From Candidatus Gorgyraea atricola (GTDB lineage: Bacteria; Omnitrophota; Gorgyraeia; Gorgyraeales; Gorgyraeaceae): a stretch of 64,000 nt of DNA. Positions 10,348 to 20,127 of the stretch are shown piece after piece (positions within the stretch are counted from its first letter, which is position 1; each line of letters starts with the position of its first letter). The stretch lies in NCBI GenBank assembly GCA_030765235.1, contig JAVCCW010000010.1, positions 94,907 to 158,906 on the forward strand. The letters are read 5' to 3'. A program made the position numbers and the translations under genes. The notes beneath the pieces are model-generated. The model was given only the letters and a program-made list of their open reading frames with translations. It did no database searches and was not told the origin of the DNA.

Positions 10348-11575
10348 TGATTATCCTTTCTATTTCATTCAGATATACCTCTTGTTGCTGTTTAAGCTCC
10401 ATATCTCGTAGCACGATCTTTTTGTTTTTTAATTCTTCTTCACCAAAGATAATAACAAATCTCGCGCCGAGTTTTTCTGCTCGCCTCATCTGTGCCTTTA
10501 GAGATTTATCCTCGTAATCCATGTTGCACGAAAGACCTTTGCGCCTTAATTCATCCATAAATATAAAGGCCTTTTGGCGTGTGTTGCCAGCAGTTGCTAT
10601 AAAGATATCAAGCGCGGATTTACCTTCATTGTCTTTTTTCATGGCCATAATCAATCTTTCAATGCCAAACGCGAATCCTATTGCAGGCATATCCTTGCCG
10701 CCCATGTCTTTTACCAGGTTATTGTATCTGCCGCCTGCGCAGATCGCGTCCTTTGCGCCAAGATCCTTTTGCACTATCTCAAATACAGTCTTTGTGTAAT
10801 AATCCAGGCCACGTACTATTCTTTTATCTATTTCAAAATCTATTTTGAGATCCTTTAATCCTTTTTTTACAGTCTCGAAATGGCTGGAACAATCCTTACA
10901 CAATGAATCTGAGACCTCGATCTTTTCAACGATCCTTCCGCAGTCTGGATTCTTGCAGTCAAATATCCTTAGGACATTCTTAGTGTAACGCTGGTTGCAC
11001 TCACTACAGAGAGACTTTAGGTGCGGTTTGACAGCCTTTCTGTATTTTTCTATTATCTCTTTTTTATCCTTGTCGCAACCCAGGGTGTTTATCTTTAAAA
11101 CAAAATCAGTTATGCCTATTTTTTTCAAGAACCCTGCTGCGAGCGAAATGACCTCCACATCAATAAACGCGTTATCTGAGCCAATCGCCTCTACGCCCAG
11201 CTGATAAAACTGGCGCTGTCTGCCTTTTTGCGGACGCTCACTCCTGAACATGGGTCCTATATAAAATAATTTCGAAAGGGCCTCTTTCTGCGCCATGGAA
11301 TTTTCTATGTATGCCCGAACAATAGATGCTGTTGCCTCTGGCCTCAATGCAATATTTCTGCCGCCCCTGTCAGTAAATACATACATCTCCTTCTGGACTA
11401 TATCAGTGGCATCGCCTATGCTCCTAATAAAAAGAGACGCCTCCTCTATGATAGGCGTCCTTATCTCTTTATATCCATATATAGCAAATATATCCCTGGC
11501 AGATTTCTCTATACATTGCCAGAGACTGATTTCACTGGGTAATATATCTTTGGTACCGCGTAGGGCTTTTAGCAT
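10322..11575 (-). CDS. hisS: histidine--tRNA ligase
   Basis: [16 protein letters not shown] motifs. Start trimmed to the second Met ([10 protein letters not shown]) because the upstream extension runs into the intergenic hairpin. Confidence 0.85.
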   Translation of the reverse strand: MLKALRGTKDILPSEISLWQCIEKSARDIFAIYGYKEIRTPIIEEASLFIRSIGDATDIVQKEMYVFTDRGGRNIALRPEATASIVRAYIENSMAQKEALSKLFYIGPMFRSERPQKGRQRQFYQLGVEAIGSDNAFIDVEVISLAAGFLKKIGITDFVLKINTLGCDKDKKEIIEKYRKAVKPHLKSLCSECNQRYTKNVLRIFDCKNPDCGRIVEKIEVSDSLCKDCSSHFETVKKGLKDLKIDFEIDKRIVRGLDYYTKTVFEIVQKDLGAKDAICAGGRYNNLVKDMGGKDMPAIGFAFGIERLIMAMKKDNEGKSALDIFIATAGNTRQKAFIFMDELRRKGLSCNMDYEDKSLKAQMRRAEKLGARFVIIFGEEELKNKKIVLRDMELKQQQEVYLNEIERIINEADTHLR

Positions 11576-11587
11576 ATAAATATCCAA

Positions 11588-11635
11588 GGTCCAGCCTCGG
11601 CTTTTTAGTAACAAAAAGCCGAGGCTGGACCTTAG
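11588..11635. terminator. Family G hairpin (aaggtccagcctcggcttttt / aaaaagccgaggctggacctt) downstream of HU gene
   Basis: Perfect stem read from sequence; T-runs on both sides; candidate bidirectional terminator. Confidence 0.55.
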
Positions 11636-11643
11636 TTTTTTAG

Positions 11644-11916
11644 TTATTTCACCTTTGCCTTCATCACAAGGCCGGGTTTGAATATTGCTACTTTTTTCGG
11701 TGCCACAGGTACCTGCTGGCCTGTCCTGGGATTGCGCCCCATGCGGCCTTTTCTCGACTTAGTCTTAAATACGCCGAAATTCCTGAGCTCGATCTTCTTC
11801 CCCTGCGCAAGCGAGTCGATTATAATATCAAACGTCATCTGCACAACCTGCTTAACATCAATCTGCTTAACATCAGTCTCATTCGAGATCTTTACAACGA
11901 TATCTTTCTTGGTCAT
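11644..11916 (-). CDS. HU/IHF family DNA-binding protein
   Basis: 90 aa; ..GKKIELRNFGVFKTKSRKGRMGRNPRTGQQVPVAPKKVAIFKPG.. HU arm signature. Confidence 0.85.
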   Translation of the reverse strand: MTKKDIVVKISNETDVKQIDVKQVVQMTFDIIIDSLAQGKKIELRNFGVFKTKSRKGRMGRNPRTGQQVPVAPKKVAIFKPGLVMKAKVK

Positions 11917-12012
11917 ACAAAACCTCCTTATGTTATCGTATCTAGTTTAATTACAAGGGGTAGTGTAACAGTTTCCAATTATGATGTCAAGAATGTTTTA
12001 TTAATATAACTT

Positions 12013-12060
12013 GTGGAGGTTACGAAGGTTACGGAAGGTTTCGCATTTGTACGGCTAACC
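12013..12060. repeat. Family B half copy (tgtggaggttacgaaggttacggaaggtttcg)
   Basis: One arm only. Confidence 0.7.
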
Positions 12061-12108
12061 TGGCAAAATCTAACCAGGTTAGATATTTATTTAGATATTT
12101 ATCCTATA

Positions 12109-13101
12109 TCACAAATTTACAGGAATTACGACAGAATGGACTTTTTCTTTTAAATTAAAACTATGGGGCTTTTGAAAAACTCTAATTGGCACTTTTCCTA
12201 AAACTAATGCTACATCGTCATAAAAACGGCTCTGGATGCTTTTTCCTGTAGATAAAACGTCTCTGACCTTTTTAAAAGTTGGTTGCGCTAAATAATCTAA
12301 ATATCCTAATTCTTTCATAATAAAATCTGAAAGCAATAAATCATCTCTTTCATGGGCAACAATAATAAAACCTCCGCTTTTGAGCAATTCCTCGCTTGTC
12401 TTTTTTATTAAATCTTTAATACTACTGTTAAGCCGTTTCTCGAATTCTGTTTTCTGGGCAGACTTGCTCCATTTAAACAACTCTGCGTCTGGGAATGCTT
12501 TATGATGTTCCGCCCAAGCCGTTAATCCTTTTATTAGCAGAACATCGACTCCGCCCGCTTTTTTAATTTTAGGAAAATACGACTTATAACTAAAGTTGTT
12601 TCTTGTAAACACTTTATATTTTTTTTTCATATTCCAATACATTTTTGGCAAACCTCTACCAATAGCTTCTTTTTCCAACAACTGCATATTTTTGACCGTA
12701 ACACCTATTCCATTTTTAACATTTAAACCAAAAGTCATAGTAAAATATGAAGGGAAATAATCATTCCCCCAAGAAAAATATAGTAAATTCCCTTTTAGCA
12801 CCTCTATAAAATTAAGCACCTCGAGCCTAGAGATCCAATTAGGGATTAGATTGTCGTAGTTGGTTTCCATAGAAATAATCTCTTTTAATTTTTTATTAAG
12901 TCTGTCTTGAGCCGCGAAACTATTGGAGATAATTTGTTCATTGAAATTTGCCGCTCTATCTTTATCTAATTTTAAATTTGAAGATAGAGGTTTTCTGAGA
13001 TGGACTATGTCAGAAGCATACAGAGAGCTATTAGCCATATATAATATGCCTACCAGCGCAATTGTGATTCTTAAGTTATTCCCTTTTCCAATCTCCTTCA
13101 T
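12109..13101 (-). CDS. hypothetical secreted protein (signal peptide, no recognisable domain)
   Basis: 330 aa ORF with N-terminal signal peptide; AT-rich; flanked by repeat elements. Confidence 0.5.
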   Translation of the reverse strand: MKEIGKGNNLRITIALVGILYMANSSLYASDIVHLRKPLSSNLKLDKDRAANFNEQIISNSFAAQDRLNKKLKEIISMETNYDNLIPNWISRLEVLNFIEVLKGNLLYFSWGNDYFPSYFTMTFGLNVKNGIGVTVKNMQLLEKEAIGRGLPKMYWNMKKKYKVFTRNNFSYKSYFPKIKKAGGVDVLLIKGLTAWAEHHKAFPDAELFKWSKSAQKTEFEKRLNSSIKDLIKKTSEELLKSGGFIIVAHERDDLLLSDFIMKELGYLDYLAQPTFKKVRDVLSTGKSIQSRFYDDVALVLGKVPIRVFQKPHSFNLKEKVHSVVIPVNL

Positions 13102-13208
13102 AATCCACCTAAAAAATCCTGCTTCGCAGGAATTCTGTTAGTTATTGATAATTATAGCATATAAATAGCAGCTACGCAACGATTTTAATGTCCTCCTACC
13201 CTTAGCTT

Positions 13209-13458
13209 TTTGCATCACAGGCAGGCTGGGGTCTGAGGCACATTAGGAAGATTTTGGCAAAAGTCCGCAAGGATTTACAGCGAGCCCCGTTCCAAATTCT
13301 TAAAGATTATCAAATAATATATCAAAATTGTACGCAGTTAGTTACAGATAATAAATCGAGAATCGATTAGAATTTGGAACGGGGCGAGCTGTAAACCGTA
13401 GCGGACGGCAAAATCTCTCCAGTGCCGAACGGCCCCAGCCTGTCTGTGATGCAAAAGC
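13209..13458. mobile_element. MITE-like long imperfect palindrome (two ~90 nt inverted copies around a ~70 nt AT-rich centre)
   Basis: Outer arms gcatcacaggcaggctgggg / ccccagcctgtctgtgatgc; inner arms agcgagccccgttccaaattct / agaatttggaacggggcgagct; no ORF. Confidence 0.55.
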
Positions 13459-16400
13459 CTAGTTTTTCTCAAATTTGATATGGTCGCGGCTTACGAATTC
13501 TTCTAGTTCGGTGAGCATGTCGTTGGTGACATTTACGAACAGGTCCTTGTCGACCTGGATGCGGTAGGCGCCGTTCTTCTTGGTGGAGACATTTAGGTAG
13601 ACAGGGGTAGTACCTTTGTGTCTTGCAAAAACAGTCTTTAATCTCTCGAGCATAGTCTCTTCCATGCCCAGCGAGATAAGATCAATGGAAATAGCCCGGG
13701 TAAAGCGTGTGCGTGCCTCCTCAATAGGAATGATCTCCTCGACTATTATCTTAGGACGGTCCTCCCTGAGATTTAGCCTGCCGCTCACAAACACAGCAAA
13801 ATTAGGCCTGATAAACTTTGAAACCTTCTTGTACGACGCTGGAAAAGCCAGGACCTCGACCTTGCCCTCCAGATCCTCTATCATCATAATAGCCATTCTC
13901 TCGCCAGTGCGCTTCGTGACCGTGCTCTTAACCTTATTGATAATGCCGCCAAACCAGACCTTTTGGCCATCCTTTAGATCCCTGAGTTCACTACTGTTAG
14001 CTGTTGAATATTCATTCAACTCCCTCTCGTACTTGGCAAGCGGGTGCCCTGTTATGTAAAATCCAAGCATCTCCTTTTCAAAATGAAGAAGCTGGCCCTC
14101 TGGCCATTCCTTTATATCTGGGGCCTCATCATGCATCTTTCTGTCATTAAAAAGCAGCATCTGGCCAGATGATTTTTCCTTCTGTATAGAGCTCGCTATG
14201 TCCATTGCCCTGGAAAGTATAACCATGAGCTGAGCCCTTTTAAAACCAAGGCTATCAAACGCGCCGCACTTTATAAGACTCTCCATCACCTTCTTATTTA
14301 CCAGGCGCGAATCCGTGTACTCGCAAAATTCACACAAAGACTTAAAGGCACCGTGCTCCTGTCTTGCCTGGATAATAGAATTTATAGCAGTCTGGCCCAC
14401 ATTTTTAACAGCACCCAGGCCAAAACGTATGGTGCTCTTTTCAACCATTGTAAAATTGGCAAAACTCTCATTTACATCAGGCGGCAGGATCTTCATGCCC
14501 ATCTCTTCTGCCTCGTTTATATACTCAACGATCTTGTCCGTATTATCTTTTTCGCTTGTTAGAAGCGCGGTCATGAACTCAACAGGGTAATTCGCTTTTA
14601 AAAACGCTGTCCTGTAGGAGATCATTGCGTACGCGGCAGAATGACTCTTATTAAATCCATACCCGGCAAAATGCTCTATGAAATTAAAGATCTTCTCAGC
14701 AATGCGCTTGTCGATCTTATTCTTCACAGCACCTTCAATAAACGCGCGGCGCTGCTGGTCCATTATCTCAGGCGTCTTCTTCCCTATCGCGCGGCGTAGA
14801 AGATCCGCCTGGGCAAGTGAAAAACCTGCCAGCTTAGAAACTATCATCATTACCTGTTCCTGATACACAATGATCCCGTATGTCGGCTTTAAGATAGACT
14901 CGAGCAATGGATGATCGTATCTTACATCCACTTCGCCGTGTTTTCGTTTCATAAAATCATCAAGCATGCCGCTTCCTATAGGACCAGGCCTATAAAGAGC
15001 CAAGAGCGCTACAATATCCTCGAACTCTTGAGGCTTTAACTTCTTTAGAAGATCCCTCATGCCTGAACTTTCTAACTGGAATATGCCCATTGTATGCGCG
15101 CGGCCAAAAAGCTTGTACGTCTTTGAATCATCTATTGGTATATCCTCGATATTTAATTTAATATTGTTTACCCTGTTTACTATCTTTATGGCCTCCTGGA
15201 TAACAGTGAGCGTCCTCAAGCCCAGAAAATCCATTTTTAAAAGACCTATCTTTTCGAGCGAACCCATGGCATAACCTGTTGAGATCTGACCATCCCCTGT
15301 CTTAAAAAGAGGTACGTGGTTTGATAGGACATCCTCGCTTATCACAACACCTGCGGCGTGAGTAGATGCGTGGCGTGTAAGGCCTTCGAGATGTCTCGAT
15401 GTATCAATAAGCTCTTTTATAATAGGATCTTTTTTGTAAAGGCCTTTGAGCTCTGGCTCTTGTTCAAGCGCCAGGTCCAACGTAATATTCGGATCCATTG
15501 GAACCATTTTGGCGATCTTGTCTACATCAGCGTAAGGCACATTCATTACCCTGCCGACATCCCTAAGGACGCCCCTTGCTGCCATTGTGCCAAATGTTAT
15601 GATCTGCGCTACATTATCCTGGCCATATTTCTTTATAACATAATCTATTACCTCACCCCTTCGCTCATAGCAAAAATCTATATCAATATCAGGCATGGTA
15701 ACGCGCTCACGATTCAAGAATCTTTCAAAAAGGAGATTGTATTTCAATGGATCGATGTCTGTTATGCCGAGACAGAAACTTACTATGCTTCCTGCCGCGG
15801 AACCCCTGCCAGGCCCGACTGCTATGCCCTTTTCTTTTGCAAAACTCACAAAATCCCTGGTGATAAGAAAATAACTCGTATACCCGGACTTATTGATTAC
15901 ATCCATTTCGTATTCGAGTCTTTGCCTTATCTCAGACGATGCGCCAGGATATTTCTTTTTTAGGCCCTGCTCGCAAAGATCCTTAAGGTATTTTTCGCGT
16001 GTCGTACCATCAGGCGCCACATAGTGCGGCAAATATGTCTTTGAAAAATCCAGTTCCAGATTACAGCGTTCTGTTATCTTTATGGTATTCTGGATCGCCT
16101 CAGGCACATCTTTAAAAAGAGCCTTCATCTCTTCAGGCGGCTTAAAATAAAACTGGTCTGTCTGCAGCTTCATGTGTTTTGGATCATCCAGGGTAGTCTG
16201 CGTCTGGATACAGAGAAGCGCCTCGTGCGCCCTGGCGCTGTCCTTACTAAGGTAATGCACGTCATTTGTCGCAACGAGCCCTATGTCCAGGGACCTGCCC
16301 AGCTTTATAAGGGTGGTATTTACGATCTCCTGTTCTGGGATGGAATTATTCTGGATCTCAAAATAGAAATTATCCTTACCTAAAATTTCGCGGTACTGGC

Positions 16401-16887
16401 CTGCTACCTCTTTTATTTTTGACTCTTTTTTGTTAATAGCAAGCTGCGCGCACTCGCCTTTAAGACAGGCTGAAAGCCCTATAAGGCCTTCTGAATATTT
16501 AGACAAGATCTCTTTGTCAATTCTCGGCTTATAGTAAAAGCCTTCCAGGTAGCCGATAGTAACGAGTTTCATCAGGTTCCTGTACCCGGTCTCGTCCTTT
16601 GCCAAAAGCACAAGATGATTCGATGTCTCGCCTCCGGCGTAAACAGTCTTATCGAGCCGGTTCTTTGGCGCTACGTAAACCTCGCACCCTATGATGGGTT
16701 TTACGCCATTCTGCATGCAGCTTTGATAGAATTCGATCGCGCCAAACATGTTGCCGTGGTCTGTCATCGCAACAGCAGGCATCTTCATACGCCTTGCGCT
16801 ATCAGTGAGTTTTTTTATTAGACATGCTCCGTCGAGGAGACTGTACTGCGTGTGGACATGGAGGTGTGTGAAGTCGGAATGAGGCAT
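13459..16887 (-). CDS. dnaE: DNA polymerase III alpha subunit
   Basis: 1142 aa; PHP domain start MPHSDFTHLHVHTQYSLLDGA; full-length DnaE architecture. Confidence 0.95.
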   Translation of the reverse strand: MPHSDFTHLHVHTQYSLLDGACLIKKLTDSARRMKMPAVAMTDHGNMFGAIEFYQSCMQNGVKPIIGCEVYVAPKNRLDKTVYAGGETSNHLVLLAKDETGYRNLMKLVTIGYLEGFYYKPRIDKEILSKYSEGLIGLSACLKGECAQLAINKKESKIKEVAGQYREILGKDNFYFEIQNNSIPEQEIVNTTLIKLGRSLDIGLVATNDVHYLSKDSARAHEALLCIQTQTTLDDPKHMKLQTDQFYFKPPEEMKALFKDVPEAIQNTIKITERCNLELDFSKTYLPHYVAPDGTTREKYLKDLCEQGLKKKYPGASSEIRQRLEYEMDVINKSGYTSYFLITRDFVSFAKEKGIAVGPGRGSAAGSIVSFCLGITDIDPLKYNLLFERFLNRERVTMPDIDIDFCYERRGEVIDYVIKKYGQDNVAQIITFGTMAARGVLRDVGRVMNVPYADVDKIAKMVPMDPNITLDLALEQEPELKGLYKKDPIIKELIDTSRHLEGLTRHASTHAAGVVISEDVLSNHVPLFKTGDGQISTGYAMGSLEKIGLLKMDFLGLRTLTVIQEAIKIVNRVNNIKLNIEDIPIDDSKTYKLFGRAHTMGIFQLESSGMRDLLKKLKPQEFEDIVALLALYRPGPIGSGMLDDFMKRKHGEVDVRYDHPLLESILKPTYGIIVYQEQVMMIVSKLAGFSLAQADLLRRAIGKKTPEIMDQQRRAFIEGAVKNKIDKRIAEKIFNFIEHFAGYGFNKSHSAAYAMISYRTAFLKANYPVEFMTALLTSEKDNTDKIVEYINEAEEMGMKILPPDVNESFANFTMVEKSTIRFGLGAVKNVGQTAINSIIQARQEHGAFKSLCEFCEYTDSRLVNKKVMESLIKCGAFDSLGFKRAQLMVILSRAMDIASSIQKEKSSGQMLLFNDRKMHDEAPDIKEWPEGQLLHFEKEMLGFYITGHPLAKYERELNEYSTANSSELRDLKDGQKVWFGGIINKVKSTVTKRTGERMAIMMIEDLEGKVEVLAFPASYKKVSKFIRPNFAVFVSGRLNLREDRPKIIVEEIIPIEEARTRFTRAISIDLISLGMEETMLERLKTVFARHKGTTPVYLNVSTKKNGAYRIQVDKDLFVNVTNDMLTELEEFVSRDHIKFEKN

Positions 16888-16893
16888 AAATAG

Positions 16894-17018
16894 AAAATCC
16901 CAAATCCCAATAATACCAATACTACCAAATAAATCCCAATTTCAAAATCCCAAACATGTGTTGGGGTTTGGGATTTTGGATTTATTTGGGATTTGGTAGT
17001 ATTTGGATTTGGGATTTA
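16894..17018. repeat. Family A palindromic repeat copy
   Basis: Near-identical to 586-705 and 18210-18334. Confidence 0.9.
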
Positions 17019-17022
17019 TATT

Positions 17023-18183
17023 TCATTTCCCCATCCCAATCCCCTGCGCTCTTTGCAGGAGTTTTCCTTCTGTCTTAATGGATGGGGCTATTATTATTTC
17101 GGTCAATTGCATTTCTTTTATATCTCTCGCGCCGACATTTCCCATCGAGGTCATTAGCGCGCCTACAAGATTTTGTGAACCATCATCGAGCTTTGCGGGG
17201 CCAAGTAAGATCTCTTCTAATGTCCCGGTCGTGCCCACGCGGATCCGCGTACCTCTGGGCAGGTTTGCATGCGGTGTGGCCATGCCCCAATGATATCCTT
17301 TTCCTGGCGCCTCTTGCGCCCTGGCAAACGCGGAGCCGACCATCACAGCATCTGCGCCGCTGGCAAAGGCCTTGCAGGTATCTCCGCCTGAATCCATGCC
17401 GCCGTCTGTAATAATCGGTATATATTTTCCTGTCTTCTTATGATAAAAATCTCGCGCTGCTGATGTATCTGAAGTAGCTGTGACCTGCGGTACACCTATG
17501 CCAAGGACGCCTCTTGTGGTGCACGCCGCGCCAGGCCCGATGCCGACCAGGATCGCGCTAGCCCCAGCCTCCATCAGCTCAAGCGCAACAGAATACGTAA
17601 CGCAGTTGCCCAATATAACAGGGATCTTCATCGATTTTATGAACTTGGCAAGATCAACTACTTTATATTCCTTAGACATATGATGCACACTTATCACTGT
17701 AGACTGGACTACAAATATGTCTGCGCCTGCATCCTGCGCAAGCTTACCAAAACGCTCTGCAGTCTGCGGAATCGTACTTACAGCCGCGGTCGCGTTCTTT
17801 TTCTTTATTTCCTTTATCCTCTTTGTAATGAGCTTTTCTTTTATAGGTTTAACATAAAGGGATTGCACGAGCTTTGTGGCCTCTTGCGGGCTTGCCTTTG
17901 CTATTTTTTTAAGTATCTCGTCAGGATTCTCATAACGGGTCTGCACGCCGTCCAGGTTTAAAACAGCCACGCCGCCGAGCTTACTCATCTCTACAGCAAA
18001 CTTCACATCCACCACGCCATCCATTGCAGCAGCAAGTATGGGTATCCTGTATTTCTTGCCTGCCAGCTCCCAACTTGTATCTACCTCGTTAGGATTTATC
18101 GTAACAGAACCAGGTACAAGAGCTATCTCATCAAATCCATAACACCTTCGCGCCTTTCTCCCTCTTCCAACCCACATACCCAT
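17023..18183 (-). CDS. IMP dehydrogenase-family protein without CBS pair (GuaB3-like)
   Basis: TIM-barrel IMPDH motifs (FDEIALVPG, ILAAAMDGV, GIGPGAACTTR). Start set to MGMWVGRG, which is preceded by AAAGGAGG. Confidence 0.65.
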   Translation of the reverse strand: MGMWVGRGRKARRCYGFDEIALVPGSVTINPNEVDTSWELAGKKYRIPILAAAMDGVVDVKFAVEMSKLGGVAVLNLDGVQTRYENPDEILKKIAKASPQEATKLVQSLYVKPIKEKLITKRIKEIKKKNATAAVSTIPQTAERFGKLAQDAGADIFVVQSTVISVHHMSKEYKVVDLAKFIKSMKIPVILGNCVTYSVALELMEAGASAILVGIGPGAACTTRGVLGIGVPQVTATSDTSAARDFYHKKTGKYIPIITDGGMDSGGDTCKAFASGADAVMVGSAFARAQEAPGKGYHWGMATPHANLPRGTRIRVGTTGTLEEILLGPAKLDDGSQNLVGALMTSMGNVGARDIKEMQLTEIIIAPSIKTEGKLLQRAQGIGMGK

Positions 18184-18209
18184 CCTAGTACCTCCTTTTG
18201 AAATACGCA

Positions 18210-18334
18210 AAAATCCCAAATCCCAATAATACCAATACTACCAAATAAATCCCAATTTCAAAATCCCAAACATGTGTTGGGATTTGGGATTTTGGATTTA
18301 TTTGGGATTTGGTAGTATTTGGATTTTGGATTTT
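18210..18334. repeat. Family A palindromic repeat copy
   Basis: Near-identical to 16894-17018. Confidence 0.9.
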
Positions 18335-18394
18335 CTACCATAAATATCTATTACCTTTTAGTTCTGTGTATAATACAGTAAACCTTGTAAAAAG

Positions 18395-20014
18395 TCAAGT
18401 CTTCGGTATCAGCAATACGTCTAACAGCAGCGCCTTAAATGCTATATTCTTCCAGAAATGCTTCCCTTGATCCCTCCCTAAAACAACATCCTTGACCCCA
18501 TGAAAAAATCCCAGGTTCTGCTGCGAATGTTCCTTAGAGATATTATGCGCGGAAAAACGGGCTTCTAAAAAACCTTCTGTTATATCATGCATGGGTTTTG
18601 GATTATCTGATAAAATAGCCCCTACAGATTCAAGGAACTCCCTTGCCGCAATATAGTCAAATTTAGAAGCGCCATATATCTTAAAACCCCTGCATAGAAT
18701 GCCATAGATCTCCTTTATAAATTCCTTTGGATCCTTGATCGCTAATTCCTGCAAACGTTTGCTTCTCATAAACATGTACACAGTAAAAAATAAAAGCCCT
18801 AAAACCACAAGCCACAAAACGCTAATAGATGAGTAATATAAAGGGCCTTTTTTCTTTATTGGTATTAGAGGGGGCAATATCTCAATGTACAGATCATTGC
18901 TAAATGTCCCGAGATAAGACGCAGATACATGCACGCTTCCTTCTTCTTTTGGCTTGAGATTCCCTTGATTATTTATTGATACCTCTGTGCTGCCGCTGGT
19001 CACCCAGTCAACAAGCTTTGTTACTGTAAGAGTAGAGTCATCGCTCATGGTCAATTCCGCTTCAAGTCTAACTTGCTTACCAAGGGGGACCTTATCCGCA
19101 TTTGAGTATATTGTAAGAGCCTTTATCTCAAAAATATCTATTTCCTTATTAAATCCTTCTGCGCGAAAACGCTGCTCGATCGCCTTTTTGGCCTTTCCTT
19201 CTGTCTCTTGTATTAATTCCTCTTGTCTTATCCTTACGCCCTGAGTTTCCCTCTTTTTCTTTATGGCATCTACGAGCTGTTCTTTTTTCCTTTTTTTATT
19301 GTCTTTTAGCTCTTTCGGCGCCTGATGCAATAACTTTAAAAGCGGGATCTTCTCGGGGATCCCTAAAAGCGTAGAGGGCAGTCCCTTTAAAGATAGATTC
19401 TCAAAACGCGGGACAAAGGGATAGACTAGAGACGCGACTATTAAAACAAAAGAAAACATCATTGCAGCCACTTTTATTTGCTGCCATAAACTCATTATCT
19501 TTTCCTGATCCCCCACTATAAGAGAGCCCTTGTTCTTTTTTTCGCATACCAGACTCAAACGCATCGCAAAGATAAAGATAAACAAAAAAACCGCAAGCAT
19601 GACCATATAAACTGGTTCCTGTTCCAGGGCAAGAGAAATGGATGAGATCAAAAGACACACTGCTATAAATTGCAACATAGCATAACTTTTTTCTTCTTTC
19701 AGGCCAAAACTTTGAAAAAGCGTAAGCCATGCCAGGGCTATAGAAAAACCCGTCAGAAGATTATCAAATGTCAAGGCCTTGTCAAAAAGGCCTCCCAATG
19801 TCACGACCACTGCTGCAAGAGACAGCATCCCTATAAAGGTATCTATATGCTGGGGTCTGGATTTTCTGATCCGCCAGCTTACAAGAAAACCTGCGATCGT
19901 ACCAGGTATCAGGAGCGCAGCGACAAAAGGATTTATGATCCCCTGGATGCTAAAAAGTCCTATCAGGACTATCCCCAGATTTGAAAAGTGAAAATATAAC
20001 GCGTCTCTGTCCAC
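18395..20014 (-). CDS. TgpA-like membrane protein (DUF3488 N-terminal TM region, Big_2-like domain, C-terminal DUF4129)
   Basis: Multi-TM N-terminus; C-terminal YIAAREFLESVG..EARFSAH resembles DUF4129; third gene of the MoxR-DUF58-TgpA operon. Confidence 0.55.
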   Translation of the reverse strand: MDRDALYFHFSNLGIVLIGLFSIQGIINPFVAALLIPGTIAGFLVSWRIRKSRPQHIDTFIGMLSLAAVVVTLGGLFDKALTFDNLLTGFSIALAWLTLFQSFGLKEEKSYAMLQFIAVCLLISSISLALEQEPVYMVMLAVFLFIFIFAMRLSLVCEKKNKGSLIVGDQEKIMSLWQQIKVAAMMFSFVLIVASLVYPFVPRFENLSLKGLPSTLLGIPEKIPLLKLLHQAPKELKDNKKRKKEQLVDAIKKKRETQGVRIRQEELIQETEGKAKKAIEQRFRAEGFNKEIDIFEIKALTIYSNADKVPLGKQVRLEAELTMSDDSTLTVTKLVDWVTSGSTEVSINNQGNLKPKEEGSVHVSASYLGTFSNDLYIEILPPLIPIKKKGPLYYSSISVLWLVVLGLLFFTVYMFMRSKRLQELAIKDPKEFIKEIYGILCRGFKIYGASKFDYIAAREFLESVGAILSDNPKPMHDITEGFLEARFSAHNISKEHSQQNLGFFHGVKDVVLGRDQGKHFWKNIAFKALLLDVLLIPKT

Positions 20015-20040
20015 GATCCTTATCCTTAATAACTCGTTGG

Positions 20041-20106
20041 TGTAAAGTGCAAAGTGTCAAGTGTCAGGGCCCTTTTGACACCTGACACCTAAAACCTGAC
20101 ACCAGC
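20041..20106. repeat. Family C palindromic repeat (gtgtcaagtgtcagg...cctgacacctgacacc)
   Basis: Other copies at 41376-41446, 45502-45531/45907-45944, 49389-49421; variant at 42903-42968. Confidence 0.85.
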
Positions 20107-20127
20107 CTTGTATTTATACAAAGCAAG

